In this document: positions 18,882 to 28,372 of the stretch, in pieces
How positions within the stretch are numbered: position 1 is the stretch's first letter
Layout of the letters: every line of letters begins with the position of its first letter
Sequence record: PZ445443.1
Source of the DNA: a phage
Reading direction: 5' to 3' (one strand)
DNA length: 64,000 nt
Made by a program: the position numbers and the translations under genes
Notes under the pieces: generated by a model
Databases searched by the model: none
The model's input: only the letters and a program-made list of their open reading frames with translations
What the model was told of the DNA's origin: nothing

Positions 18882-19002
18882 GAAATCTCCTCTGGAAATG
18901 AGAGTGTGAACAGGGTTTTATGCGTTCCAATACGCTGGAATTATACACGTTTGCCTCTTCAGGCCATGCTTTAGCATGAGGAACCTGTGTGGGCTCGGTG
19001 CT

Positions 19003-19416
19003 TCATAGTCTACCACCTCTGAACTCTTCGTGCTCAGGCATAATAGAGAACCAGATATCTACGATGTCTCCCCACGTTAGGTCATCAGCCTCAGGATCTA
19101 CCTGGAGCGAAGATGGAGAATCTTCAGAATCGAAGTTTTCCTCTTTCACTGGCTCAGCCAAGGGACATATAGCCACTCCTTTGGATGTCTCTTCAGATGC
19201 ATGTGTGTTTATCATGTTCCACCCGTGAGTATTCCGGCAACAGCCACTATGGACGTAATGATCATCAGAATCACCACCAAAACCTCTGACAATGTTTTCA
19301 TTGTGTATCCCATATTCTCCAAACGATGTGTGGATACTATCACTGGAGCGACAATGTGTCAACAGAAACGCCGCGAGGGTTTGGTTAAAATCCGAGCGTA
19401 TGGTGATTTGGGTCAA
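19003..19416 (-). CDS. hypothetical acidic protein (start uncertain)
   Basis: Track start is TTG; a shorter ATG-initiated version is possible. Confidence 0.4.
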   Translation of the reverse strand: MTQITIRSDFNQTLAAFLLTHCRSSDSIHTSFGEYGIHNENIVRGFGGDSDDHYVHSGCCRNTHGWNMINTHASEETSKGVAICPLAEPVKEENFDSEDSPSSLQVDPEADDLTWGDIVDIWFSIMPEHEEFRGGRL

Positions 19417-19575
19417 AACGGACGTGCGTTCTCGCTACGCTCGAAATATAGAGTTGTTTGCAGGAAGCTCTTAAACGCTCTGTAATGAGATTAACTACCC
19501 AAGGTATGCAATCGTGCACCAGATAAAGAAAAGGACGCCACAGAGCGTCCTAGGTGTCTTAAATTTGATATTTTG

Positions 19576-19887
19576 CTATACCCACGAGGGCTTATCAAGA
19601 TTGGAGTAGCTGAAAGGTGTCAAAAGGTGACTGTCAAAATCTCTCAAACTATCCAAATCTTTTTCCTCGTCCTGACACCATCTGTGCCTACATTTATTGT
19701 TGTAGTGCATGGAATGCATAGCGTTCTGCAACTTAACAGGCACAAGTGATTCAGGAGTAGATAGTATTGTAGGGTATGCCAGAACCACCTCAAACAGTGG
19801 AAACACATCGAAACTAAAGTCTACCTCTGCAGAGGTTGATGGCATATAGGAGTATTTAGCCGCCTTTGTAGACATAATCCACCTCAC
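19576..19887 (-). CDS. hypothetical protein
   Basis: 103 aa ORF. Confidence 0.45.
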   Translation of the reverse strand: MRWIMSTKAAKYSYMPSTSAEVDFSFDVFPLFEVVLAYPTILSTPESLVPVKLQNAMHSMHYNNKCRHRWCQDEEKDLDSLRDFDSHLLTPFSYSNLDKPSWV

Positions 19888-20210
19888 ACAGGTTTGATAA
19901 TACCTTCACCGAATAACTCTTCATATCTAATCTTATCCGGATCCCACTCCTGGATAATTTCGAAGACAATATCCAACCCAGGAATAATCACTTCTCCAGT
20001 GTCAAGTTTGGCAAGAACAAAACCAGAAGGCTGAATGGTTTCCCAGTTGCGACGATTGGAATAGAAGACCTCGAAAATATCACCGACCTTGATCTGTTGA
20101 TCAAGATGTTCAAGATTCTCTTTCATATAGACGCAGCGGATTTTTCGTGCAGGCCATAGACCACCTGCATCACGTTCATTTAGCTCTTTCACAGTGATTG
20201 GCATTCTCAT
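19884..20210 (-). CDS. hypothetical protein
   Basis: Trimmed from 20261 to ATG (MRMPITV) with AAAAGGAA RBS; longer form would read through upstream terminator hairpin. Confidence 0.5.
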   Translation of the reverse strand: MRMPITVKELNERDAGGLWPARKIRCVYMKENLEHLDQQIKVGDIFEVFYSNRRNWETIQPSGFVLAKLDTGEVIIPGLDIVFEIIQEWDPDKIRYEELFGEGIIKPV

Positions 20211-20224
20211 AGCTGGTTCCTTTT

Positions 20225-20256
20225 GCAAATAGTGAAAGAGGGGCCGTAGCCCCTCT
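20225..20256 (-). terminator. intrinsic terminator-like hairpin (minus strand)
   Basis: AGAGGGGC-tacg-GCCCCTCT hairpin just downstream of CDS 20263..20568. Confidence 0.45.
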
Positions 20257-20262
20257 GCCATA

Positions 20263-20568
20263 TTATTCTACAGAGCGTTTGAACAGAATGTCTGCCTCAG
20301 ACATGTGCTCAACCTCTTCTTCAATCTTAGCGCGACGTTTTTCAGCTTCGTAGCGGATATCAAACTCTGTAGCCACCAAAGATTTGATGAATTTAGGAGA
20401 ATACAGATGATCCTGCTTCTCAACAAGAATGATATCCTTGATGGCATCTTTCAAATCTTTAATCTGAAGCTGGAGTTCCACCAGTTCTTCAATTGTTTTG
20501 CGAAGGCGATCACGTTCTGCAGTGTCAGAAGGAAGAGAGGTGAACAGTTCAACTTTAGATTTAGCCAT
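20263..20568 (-). CDS. coiled-coil protein
   Basis: ATG with AAGGAG RBS; heptad-rich charged sequence. Confidence 0.55.
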   Translation of the reverse strand: MAKSKVELFTSLPSDTAERDRLRKTIEELVELQLQIKDLKDAIKDIILVEKQDHLYSPKFIKSLVATEFDIRYEAEKRRAKIEEEVEHMSEADILFKRSVE

Positions 20569-20596
20569 AGTAAGAGTCTCCTTATGTTGTTTTAAA

Positions 20597-20848
20597 TTAA
20601 CGTTCTACAAAAATACCGTTCAGTTCAATAACCAGGAATTTCTGGTCTTCACTATCGTCTCGTGCCAACACCTCACAGACGTATCGGTCATCCCCATCAT
20701 CATCGCAGTCAAATACAAGACTGAGGACTTTATCATGATAAACCTTCGCCACTATCGCCTCGTAAGTATTGCCGATTGTGAATCCAAGATAATCTCCAAT
20801 GCATTTGACAACAACATGATCGCCAGCATTCAAGTCAATCTTCGTCAT
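20597..20848 (-). CDS. hypothetical protein
   Basis: Trimmed to ATG (MTKIDLN) with AAGGGG RBS. Confidence 0.5.
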   Translation of the reverse strand: MTKIDLNAGDHVVVKCIGDYLGFTIGNTYEAIVAKVYHDKVLSLVFDCDDDGDDRYVCEVLARDDSEDQKFLVIELNGIFVER

Positions 20849-21003
20849 TACTGCGCCCCTTGGGTAATAATACTGTATGTAAAACTTTAACCAGAGATGT
20901 GAATAACGCCCCAAAACACACCGATAGCGCTAAAACAGACAAGGCCATCATTAAAGCTTCAGTAAAATCAGTCACCCCTCACCTCTTGTTAGTCACTATA
21001 CTG

Positions 21004-21267
21004 TCATTTATCCTTGCCGTCAAGAACTTTTTTAAATCTTTCAGGGATATCGCCTGTTCTTAGATAGCTCATGACCTCACAAGGTTCCCACTTAAATTTC
21101 TTACAAAGCAGGGCGGCTGAGATTGTTTCATTGCGAAAAGAAAGGATATTAATATCCCATTCTGAGAACCCCAACTTCCGAAGGGTAGCTACAGAAATCC
21201 TCACCGCAACCCAGCAGCAAAAACATGCAACAAACGCCACTGCTATAACCCACATCAGGATGTTCAT
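21004..21267 (-). CDS. membrane-anchored protein with possible C-terminal HTH
   Basis: N-terminal TM helix; C-terminal segment resembles small DNA-binding HTH. Confidence 0.45.
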   Translation of the reverse strand: MNILMWVIAVAFVACFCCWVAVRISVATLRKLGFSEWDINILSFRNETISAALLCKKFKWEPCEVMSYLRTGDIPERFKKVLDGKDK

Positions 21268-21356
21268 ACAAGCACCTCACTGAAATACAAGACACAGTGT
21301 TAAGGTTACTGACCAGCAAATAATTAACAGTGCCGTTGCAACCTTGGCAAGATTTA

Positions 21357-21644
21357 TCATAGTGCCTCTAAGATTTCATATCCTTCGGGTCGGAATACAA
21401 GCCACTCCGTGGCTCCGTTTGGTCGATACGCTTTATACAGAACAACCTGATCTCGGCACATGCACATAGCTACATAGTTTTCATCCACACCTGCAGCCTG
21501 CATTGCAGCTTCTTCTCCGGCAACTGCTTTGCTTACAACCTCCTTGGTAGGCAGGTGTGCGATCAGCTCGTCACCATCATTAATTCCAAAATGACTGAGT
21601 TCTCCATTGGTATCTTTAATCTTAATCTTAACCAGATCTTTCAT
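21357..21644 (-). CDS. small acidic protein
   Basis: 95 aa ORF, tightly packed. Confidence 0.5.
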   Translation of the reverse strand: MKDLVKIKIKDTNGELSHFGINDGDELIAHLPTKEVVSKAVAGEEAAMQAAGVDENYVAMCMCRDQVVLYKAYRPNGATEWLVFRPEGYEILEAL

Positions 21645-21973
21645 TAGTCTTCCTCCAGGTTCAAAGGCCCTAAGATTTCATATGCCAGATTAGAAGTTAC
21701 CAGAGGGTCTTCTGCATCTTTAGTATTGTACCACCCGTGAATAACCAGAGTCCCACTTTGTTTCATGTCCAACTGGAACTCTTCTGCCGTTTCCTCATCC
21801 AGCTCCAAGATTTCCATGAGGTATTTGATGTTAGGAAGGTATGCAGCTGTTACAGTTCCCTCCACCAAACCTTCGGGCCAACCTACATCCGGATGACAAG
21901 TAGGAACCAAGTTGGTCAACTTAATGGTGTACGCTTTTTCTGCACGAGCCTTCAGTAACGGGTCAATCTTCAT
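21644..21973 (-). CDS. hypothetical acidic protein
   Basis: 109 aa; start overlaps upstream stop. Confidence 0.5.
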   Translation of the reverse strand: MKIDPLLKARAEKAYTIKLTNLVPTCHPDVGWPEGLVEGTVTAAYLPNIKYLMEILELDEETAEEFQLDMKQSGTLVIHGWYNTKDAEDPLVTSNLAYEILGPLNLEED

Positions 21974-22323
21974 TATTCGTCCTCCTCTTCGGTGCCTGCT
22001 TCCAGTAATAAGTTAAGAATATCTTCTGCACAAGGCTCATAGAACTCTTGGCCTTCATTATCGATGATTTTGTAGTCATCTCCGCGAATAATCAGAGGAT
22101 CACTCTCAAAATTATCGAGACCTTTAACAACGACAACACGATCGATTGCCATCATTGTAAGAACTTTATCGACATCTTCCTCTGCTACACCATACTGCAG
22201 CAGAATGTCTTTGGTAGGAGGAACAGCATCCACCACAACACCGTTACCAAAACCTTCCGGTAAGTTAGCTAAAATATCTTCCGGAACCACACTAACATCA
22301 AAACCAGTAATTTCTACTTTCAT
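21973..22323 (-). CDS. small acidic protein (MKVEI-start family)
   Basis: 116 aa, acidic tail. Confidence 0.5.
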   Translation of the reverse strand: MKVEITGFDVSVVPEDILANLPEGFGNGVVVDAVPPTKDILLQYGVAEEDVDKVLTMMAIDRVVVVKGLDNFESDPLIIRGDDYKIIDNEGQEFYEPCAEDILNLLLEAGTEEEDE

Positions 22324-22584
22324 TTACAGCACCTCTTCGTCAACTACTTCATAAAAATGGCCTGGGATTGCAATAGCGTTCTCACCTTCACCTACAAACA
22401 CAGTTCCGTCAAGAATCAACATCATAAGAGTTTCTGGAATATCCTCTTCCTGAACGTTGCCAAAACCTTTAATCAGCTCGTAGGTTGGAAGATTTACCTC
22501 TAAGATGTCACCATCTTTAGAGCGGAAATCAACACCATCCTGAATCTCTGCCATTTCAAGGTTTTTCAGTTTAATCTTCATCAA
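22324..22584 (-). CDS. small acidic protein (ends YEVVDEE)
   Basis: 86 aa; shares N- and C-terminal motifs with neighbours. Confidence 0.5.
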   Translation of the reverse strand: MMKIKLKNLEMAEIQDGVDFRSKDGDILEVNLPTYELIKGFGNVQEEDIPETLMMLILDGTVFVGEGENAIAIPGHFYEVVDEEVL

Positions 22585-22660
22585 TCAGTCTCCCGTCTTG
22601 TTAAGATGAAGGTATTATTTCACACAGGGTTGGTGTTGTCAACACCTGTGTGCAAGAAAA

Positions 22661-23053
22661 TTACTGAAACAGTGCGGATAAATTACCTTCTGGTGGGAAC
22701 TTATCTGCCAAAAACGGTGTTAGCACAGTAGCCTTCTGAAGATCTGGGGTCCACTCGTTGTTCAGAACATCCCAGTAGTACGCAATGTTGCTGTGTGGGT
22801 GCCGCATTACGAACTTTTTCCCTTCGTAGTCATCTGAAACCTCTACAGAAGAAATGACAACAGAATCTTCAAGTTCTTCATAGAAAGATCCGCCTTCAAA
22901 TTTCCAACGAGATGCAAGAGCCCCTGCCTTGAACGCTGCAGATAACGGACTGTCGGCAAGAACATACATTTCTTGCACTCTGTCGCTGCGATCTTTGCTT
23001 CTTACGTTGTATACAGTATCTGAGCTATACTCAACACGGTATAGGCTTACCAT
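22661..23053 (-). CDS. hypothetical protein, paralog of 24860..25258
   Basis: Shared motifs HP.S...YW...W.TP and TP.L with 24860..25258. Confidence 0.55.
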   Translation of the reverse strand: MVSLYRVEYSSDTVYNVRSKDRSDRVQEMYVLADSPLSAAFKAGALASRWKFEGGSFYEELEDSVVISSVEVSDDYEGKKFVMRHPHSNIAYYWDVLNNEWTPDLQKATVLTPFLADKFPPEGNLSALFQ

Positions 23054-23385
23054 TACCGCACCTCCTCAATAACTTCCACATCTGAACCCACCACAAATGC
23101 AAAAGGACAGGTTTCATGAAAGACATCCGGATCGCCGCCAAGCTTGCTAACAATTTCTCCACCACTAATAAACACAAGCTCACCGATATTCATCAGATTG
23201 CTGAAATAGTATCCATAATGATTAAAGAATGCAGCAGGGTCAGGTAGACTAGTAGCCTCAAGCACTACATCGGTTGAGGTTACTTTCTTATCATAGCCTC
23301 TCGCCTTCTGAGATGCAAGATCTGCAGAATCCTCAGGCGACCGGAGATGCACAGGAATTGTTTCACCAATAAAGCGTACTTTCAT
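23053..23385 (-). CDS. small acidic protein family member
   Basis: Trimmed to MKVRFIGE start consistent with family N-termini; ends VEVIEEVR. Confidence 0.5.
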   Translation of the reverse strand: MKVRFIGETIPVHLRSPEDSADLASQKARGYDKKVTSTDVVLEATSLPDPAAFFNHYGYYFSNLMNIGELVFISGGEIVSKLGGDPDVFHETCPFAFVVGSDVEVIEEVR

Positions 23386-23389
23386 ATTA

Positions 23390-23653
23390 TCACCCAACAA
23401 CCATAGCTTCAAAAGGGGTCATGAACGAATAAACGGCATCATCATCTGCTTCAGGGAATGCTCCCAAAGACTTCATGTCAGATCCCTTGACAAATACAAG
23501 GTTTTGATCAAAGGCTTCTTGGGGATCAATCCGATACATATTTCGTAGAATATCTCCTACCTCCTCATCAAGAGGTGAGTATGCTGTGCACGTTTTTCCG
23601 ATCAAGCTTTGAGAATCAGGGTATCCACCTGAAGTTTTAAAATAAACAATCAT
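23390..23653 (-). CDS. small protein, VKG-DL-AGA motif family
   Basis: Motif VFVKGSDMKSLGA shared with 25271, 25515 and 29170 ORFs. Confidence 0.5.
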   Translation of the reverse strand: MIVYFKTSGGYPDSQSLIGKTCTAYSPLDEEVGDILRNMYRIDPQEAFDQNLVFVKGSDMKSLGAFPEADDDAVYSFMTPFEAMVVG

Positions 23654-23744
23654 ATAGTATCACCTCTGGTAAGAGATTGGGATTCCTTTCCCACAAATAA
23701 TTACAAACCTTCCTTGTCGAGGAAGTATGCTAATCCAAGCAGGA

Positions 23745-24014
23745 TTATTCCTCTACAATCTCATACACATCCGGAGTTACAATCAACTCTTCTCCGTTAC
23801 CCGGTGCAACAAACACCACCAAACCTTCAGGTGTGTGCTTTTTAGCCATCTCGATAACATCTTCTCGCAGAGCTGGCTCCATCAGATCAAAACCTTCACC
23901 CAGGGCATCACGAACCACCTTCATATAGTCAACTGGTTGTGCTTCGACAATCATGCCTTCAACCAGTCCACAGTTTTTGTCTGCCAGCTCAGTTTTGAAT
24001 AATTTAATTTTCAT
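23745..24014 (-). CDS. small acidic protein (ends YEIVEE)
   Basis: 89 aa, family-like termini. Confidence 0.5.
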   Translation of the reverse strand: MKIKLFKTELADKNCGLVEGMIVEAQPVDYMKVVRDALGEGFDLMEPALREDVIEMAKKHTPEGLVVFVAPGNGEELIVTPDVYEIVEE

Positions 24015-24041
24015 TTAGAGGTCTCCTCAATTATTTGATAT

Positions 24042-24142
24042 TAATAGCCGTAACCTAACACATTAACTACAACTGCGATTGCAAACATAATTTCAAAGCA
24101 TGCAATCTCTACATTTGGGACTAATTTCTTAATCACGCCCAT
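24042..24142 (-). CDS. small membrane peptide (33 aa)
   Basis: ATG with GGAG/GAGGTG RBS; hydrophobic; not in ORF track. Confidence 0.3.
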
Positions 24143-24151
24143 TGTAGCACC

Positions 24152-24469
24152 TCATTCTCCAAAGTCAATCTTTACTTTGCCTTTCCCCTTACCTTTCTTT
24201 CCACCGCATTTAGCCAGCTGACGTGCTGCAACATCTACCATACGGTCAGTTGCCTCGTAAGCATCACTACCTTTAGCCTTGGCAATAACTTCTTTTCCAG
24301 AAGTGTCAAAAATGAACGCCATAACTTCCTGGTGATCATTTTCAACTTTTACACTTACACGTGCATGATTTACAGAAGGATGTAGACGCTCCAGTTTTGA
24401 CATTTTGTGGGAAATGAAAGACACCATGCCTTCGGTGATTTCTACGTTGCCAGTGATCTCAATTTGCAT
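24152..24469 (-). CDS. hpf: ribosome hibernation promoting factor / ribosome-associated inhibitor homolog with Lys/Gly-rich tail
   Basis: MQIEITGN-VEITE, KLE, VKVE and ARQLAK segments align with the bacterial HPF/YfiA family; C-terminal GGKKGKGKGKVK extension. Confidence 0.7.
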   Translation of the reverse strand: MQIEITGNVEITEGMVSFISHKMSKLERLHPSVNHARVSVKVENDHQEVMAFIFDTSGKEVIAKAKGSDAYEATDRMVDVAARQLAKCGGKKGKGKGKVKIDFGE

Positions 24470-24551
24470 AACGTGTTCCTTTTAAAGAAGAGGGAATAAC
24501 TCTCTCTTTGAAAACAATAATACTATAGCTGAAGCGTTGTGTCAACAGTTT

Positions 24552-24842
24552 TTACAGATTGTTGTCGATAGTATTTAAAATATCCACAGCAAGATTTGCC
24601 ATTTTTCGAACATACTCTGCAAACTCAACAGGATCCTTGATCAAAGAATTTACAGGGTCGTACCCTAGAGCGTTCAAAATGGCTGCAGCATCTACAACCT
24701 TTTCATCATTTGCAAAGATCTCTCCGTCAAACTTATAGGTCCATTTTGAGTCAATCTTGGCAGGGCATGGCTGGTCCATGCTTGTTACACCATCGTCTTT
24801 AACCTCTCCTGCGTTATCAATATTCAGAACTAAATCCATCAT
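24552..24842 (-). CDS. hypothetical acidic protein
   Basis: 96 aa ORF. Confidence 0.5.
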   Translation of the reverse strand: MMDLVLNIDNAGEVKDDGVTSMDQPCPAKIDSKWTYKFDGEIFANDEKVVDAAAILNALGYDPVNSLIKDPVEFAEYVRKMANLAVDILNTIDNNL

Positions 24843-24859
24843 AGTGGCACCTCACTGTT

Positions 24860-25258
24860 TCAGTTTAGCTTTTCTTCAACAACCCCATAGCTCGGGGCAG
24901 AGTCAAGAGCTTTTTGGTTTAAAAGTGGTGTAGCAGAATCTGCAAACGGTGTCCAAGTTTTTGTTCTGGCATTCCAGTAATGCTTCACTCTGGAATCTGG
25001 ATGCACTATAACAAAAACTTTTTCACTTGTCAACACATTAATTTCTTCTACACCCTTGCTGATAATTTCTCCGTCATAGCCCCCAGTCTGGTATCCTTCG
25101 TACCAGGTTCTTGCATAGGCATAGCCAGCCTGCCAGCATGCAGCCTCCTCCGAGGTGGAGACTACGTAGAAGTCTTTCTCAAATTCTGGAATACGCCCTT
25201 GCTTTACGCTCCAAGCTCCGCGAATTTTCATTGTAACTTTAAACAGTTTATTTTTCAC
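24860..25258 (-). CDS. hypothetical protein, paralog of 22661..23053
   Basis: Shared motifs with 22661..23053. Confidence 0.55.
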   Translation of the reverse strand: MKNKLFKVTMKIRGAWSVKQGRIPEFEKDFYVVSTSEEAACWQAGYAYARTWYEGYQTGGYDGEIISKGVEEINVLTSEKVFVIVHPDSRVKHYWNARTKTWTPFADSATPLLNQKALDSAPSYGVVEEKLN

Positions 25259-25270
25259 AACGGTTACCCA

Positions 25271-25525
25271 TCACAGCTCTACAATATCTGCATCTGACCC
25301 TACCCCAAAGGCATAATAGGACTCTTCCCCGAAATAATATTCAGGTGCACCAGCGGTGATCAGGTCTGATCCCAAGATAAACACCACGTTGTGGCCTACA
25401 TAACTGTGATGTTGCCGCACAGGATCATCCCACGGCAACCCTTCAAAGTATACCGCAGGAACTACCTTTCCCTTCAGGAAGGATTGTCCCAAGTAGACGT
25501 TAGAATCAAGAATTTTAACCTTCAT
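25271..25525 (-). CDS. small protein, VKG-DL-AGA motif family
   Basis: MKVKILD start; motif ILGSDLITAGAPE. Confidence 0.5.
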   Translation of the reverse strand: MKVKILDSNVYLGQSFLKGKVVPAVYFEGLPWDDPVRQHHSYVGHNVVFILGSDLITAGAPEYYFGEESYYAFGVGSDADIVEL

Positions 25526-25742
25526 GATCGTCCTCCACTACCTCTACATCCTCGCCTAGGGCAAAGTTGTAGGTCCACTGACTGTCAAAGCAGTCCTGAG
25601 GTGCACCAGCGGCAATAAGATCTGCTCCTTTTATTTTTAAAAGGTCAGGGTAATCTTCGTTAGGGACAGCAGTAAACACTTTTCCTACTAAAGGCTCCTG
25701 ACCAATATAGAAGCTTGAATCTAAAACTTTAACTTTCATCAA
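25515..25742 (-). CDS. small protein, VKG-DL-AGA motif family
   Basis: MMKVKVLD start; motif IKGADLIAAGAPQ; ends EVVEDD. Confidence 0.5.
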   Translation of the reverse strand: MMKVKVLDSSFYIGQEPLVGKVFTAVPNEDYPDLLKIKGADLIAAGAPQDCFDSQWTYNFALGEDVEVVEDDHEG

Positions 25743-26026
25743 CGGTCTCCATCAGGTGGTTGTGGGACGTAAACACTGTTACGAATATCGTCCGCAGTAT
25801 AGTAATAAGTGTCTCCAACCCTATCTCTGGCTGCAATGTACTCTGCTATACCAATAAGTGCCATTGATTTGGTGGCGTATCTTCCCAGCTCGTTAGCTCC
25901 CCAGTAGAATTTAGACCAATAGGGAATAAGACCGAACAAATATACCTTTTGACGAACTTCCCAGTAAGTGCCTTTCCCGACAAGTTTAAACTCAACTTCA
26001 CCACTGTTAATCTTTTTCATTATCAA
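25739..26026 (-). CDS. hypothetical protein
   Basis: 95 aa ORF, overlapping starts/stops. Confidence 0.5.
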   Translation of the reverse strand: MIMKKINSGEVEFKLVGKGTYWEVRQKVYLFGLIPYWSKFYWGANELGRYATKSMALIGIAEYIAARDRVGDTYYYTADDIRNSVYVPQPPDGDR

Positions 26027-26319
26027 TCTCCCTCCACCGTGGTTGGATTGTCAGTAAGAAATTGAGCATTAGCTGGAGGCACGCCTGACATTTTCCACAC
26101 AACCATAAGTTTGTAACCAGGCACTCTATTAAGTGCAGATCGAGTAGAGTTTGTGCACGTATATTTTCGCTTTCCAAACCCGTTCTCCATCATAATCCAG
26201 TACCCAGTATCTTTGTCACCAGGTATTGGTAGACCACCTTCATCAACCCACTGAATGGACCACGGCACGATGGCTACAGCTTTATATTTAAACTTTTTAA
26301 ACCACTCAAAAAGTTTCAT
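26023..26319 (-). CDS. hypothetical protein
   Basis: 98 aa ORF. Confidence 0.5.
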   Translation of the reverse strand: MKLFEWFKKFKYKAVAIVPWSIQWVDEGGLPIPGDKDTGYWIMMENGFGKRKYTCTNSTRSALNRVPGYKLMVVWKMSGVPPANAQFLTDNPTTVEGD

Positions 26320-26322
26320 AAT

Positions 26323-26412
26323 TCAGCCTCGCATAGACATAATCACTATAAACAGGCAAACAATGAATCCGAATGCCACGCCACCCATAAACGTTAATAT
26401 TGATGCAATCAT
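26323..26412 (-). CDS. small membrane peptide (29 aa)
   Basis: ATG with GAGG RBS; stop 3 nt before next start; hydrophobic. Confidence 0.3.
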   Translation of the reverse strand: MIASILTFMGGVAFGFIVCLFIVIMSMRG

Positions 26413-26414
26413 AG

Positions 26415-26600
26415 TCAATCAGCCTCGCTTGGCAATTCTTCCACCTTAACATGCCGAAAAGTGTTACCGTAATGGTTGATCCATGACATCAGCTCACTTT
26501 CTTGCTCTTCCTCTGGGATGAACTCTCGAATACTGACAAGTTTTAAGAAAACCCAATCACAATCTGCACCCATTCTACCAGACAGACAATAGTGCTTCAT
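26415..26600 (-). CDS. hypothetical protein
   Basis: 61 aa ORF. Confidence 0.4.
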   Translation of the reverse strand: MKHYCLSGRMGADCDWVFLKLVSIREFIPEEEQESELMSWINHYGNTFRHVKVEELPSEAD

Positions 26601-26619
26601 AAAAACCCTCCACCCTGGT

Positions 26620-26820
26620 TTAGAATACTGCCTCTTTTAATGATCCAAGGAGCAGCAGGTGTGAAATCTGATCCACATTCATGGTAGATTCAATCTCCTC
26701 TCTTTTGAAAGGTTCTCGGCAAAACAGTACTACATTCGGGTTTTCGCTACGCACTATATAATACAGATCGTTCAAATCATTCTCATAGTAGGTATTAAAT
26801 TTAAGAATTTTGTCACTCAT
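26620..26820 (-). CDS. hypothetical protein
   Basis: 66 aa ORF. Confidence 0.45.
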   Translation of the reverse strand: MSDKILKFNTYYENDLNDLYYIVRSENPNVVLFCREPFKREEIESTMNVDQISHLLLLGSLKEAVF

Positions 26821-27104
26821 TTTCTAATCCTCTTCTTAGATTTTTGGGGAGAAACGCTTTCTGCAATACGAGACAAACGTTCTTCTGAAGCCTTGCCTAT
26901 TCCAGGTTTTTTGAGTGGATTATCTTTATGACCACAATCCAATTGGATATTGGATACCTCTCCAACCTTGTAAGTCAATTCTAGCAAAAGGTTGTCGTCC
27001 TTGTCAAATGTTCTTACGATAAATTTTTTATCGTTCTCCTGAACTTCGTATCTGGTACCTGCAGTATACAGCATGGTGCCATCAGCATAGGATATCCAGA
27101 TCAT
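26817..27104 (-). CDS. hypothetical protein
   Basis: 95 aa; basic C-terminus. Confidence 0.5.
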   Translation of the reverse strand: MIWISYADGTMLYTAGTRYEVQENDKKFIVRTFDKDDNLLLELTYKVGEVSNIQLDCGHKDNPLKKPGIGKASEERLSRIAESVSPQKSKKRIRK

Positions 27105-27448
27105 TGAACCTCCTTCTGCTGCAACAGCATTAACTCTTTGTTAGAGATCTTTACTGCTGTTTTTATTGTTCCATCTTTACGGAACCACGACCAGAACTCT
27201 ACAGTGTCCCCACTATCAAGCAAAGCATACCCGTGGTAGAAGTCTTTGTCCTTGGACAGTTTCTCATCTATGTCTGCATCGACACATTCGTGATCCATAG
27301 CATTTTGCCTGAATGCATCGGTTATGCCAATGCACGCCTTGCTCTCAAAACTGGCATATCCGATATCTTTTAATTCAGTTTCCCAAACCCAGAACCCTAT
27401 AAAAGCCACAACAGCTACCCACATTAATATCGATTTAATCTTTGACAT
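27101..27448 (-). CDS. membrane-anchored protein
   Basis: N-terminal TM helix. Confidence 0.5.
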   Translation of the reverse strand: MSKIKSILMWVAVVAFIGFWVWETELKDIGYASFESKACIGITDAFRQNAMDHECVDADIDEKLSKDKDFYHGYALLDSGDTVEFWSWFRKDGTIKTAVKISNKELMLLQQKEVQ

Positions 27449-27508
27449 TCTCTCTACCTCTTTCTTAGTTTATTTAGTTATGGCACATCCTTTGTGCCTT
27501 ATTGCACG

Positions 27509-27970
27509 CTACTTAAACAACAGTTCAAGATAGTGCAAAATTAACAGAAGTTGAATTACGCCTAGCACCACGGCAAGTATGTTAATCTTAGAATCAAAAA
27601 ACTTCTTAACTTTTACCCTAAAAGGCTCCTTGATGTCCTTTACGATCCTATTTATAGATGATTTCATATCCCTGATTACCATCCTAAACATTAGAGACGG
27701 ATCTTCCTTCTCTGTAATAGAATCGAAAACATACTCTCTTCGGTCATAAGGACCTCCAGATCTGCGTATTAACCTCTCCACAGAGACCTCGTACGACACA
27801 CCTGTAACGTAATCATCTATGACAAGTAGTGACGGGTCTTTATCATCTAAGGGTATCAAAGTTATCTTTCCAGATTTTGTTAAAATTTCTCCTTTTTCAA
27901 GCAAGGTGTACCAATGCTCTCTACCAAGATTGTTGAGGCACGTTTTTACATATTTAACAAACATCGTCAC
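27509..27970 (-). CDS. protein with C-terminal TM helix
   Basis: 153 aa; hydrophobic C-terminal segment. Confidence 0.5.
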   Translation of the reverse strand: MTMFVKYVKTCLNNLGREHWYTLLEKGEILTKSGKITLIPLDDKDPSLLVIDDYVTGVSYEVSVERLIRRSGGPYDRREYVFDSITEKEDPSLMFRMVIRDMKSSINRIVKDIKEPFRVKVKKFFDSKINILAVVLGVIQLLLILHYLELLFK

Positions 27971-28170
27971 CCCTCATCGCACGTCTGATATAACCATTCT
28001 ATGAAATCTTGATACCATTCGCCCTCTGAGCGCTCCGTAGGCCAATAATCTTCACCCTCTCGTGCATTAAAATCTGAGTATTCAACTTTCCACTCCTTTA
28101 CCAGTTCGTGTAGAAGGTTTTCAGCCTGTTCTAAGGATTTATTTTTTGTCATTACTGTCCCCTTTTTCAA
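27967..28170 (-). CDS. hypothetical acidic protein
   Basis: 67 aa. Confidence 0.45.
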   Translation of the reverse strand: MKKGTVMTKNKSLEQAENLLHELVKEWKVEYSDFNAREGEDYWPTERSEGEWYQDFIEWLYQTCDEG

Positions 28171-28258
28171 GATAATTATACATTAGCGCCGCACCACCCA
28201 AAATGGCTACCAGCAGTAATACTCCTGAGAGCATTTCAATAAACATGGCTTGAAACAT
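28139..28258 (-). CDS. small membrane peptide (39 aa)
   Basis: ATG with AGAGGGG RBS; hydrophobic; overlaps downstream start; not in ORF track. Confidence 0.3.
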   Translation of the reverse strand: MFQAMFIEMLSGVLLLVAILGGAALMYNYLEKGDSNDKK

Positions 28259-28372
28259 TAGAAGGTCCCCTCTAATTTCACGCACCATTTTAAATACACA
28301 CTCTTTTCCCATGAAGATACTGAACTAAGGTCTGTATAGAATGCAATCTCCCTAAGAACAGTATAAACAGTT

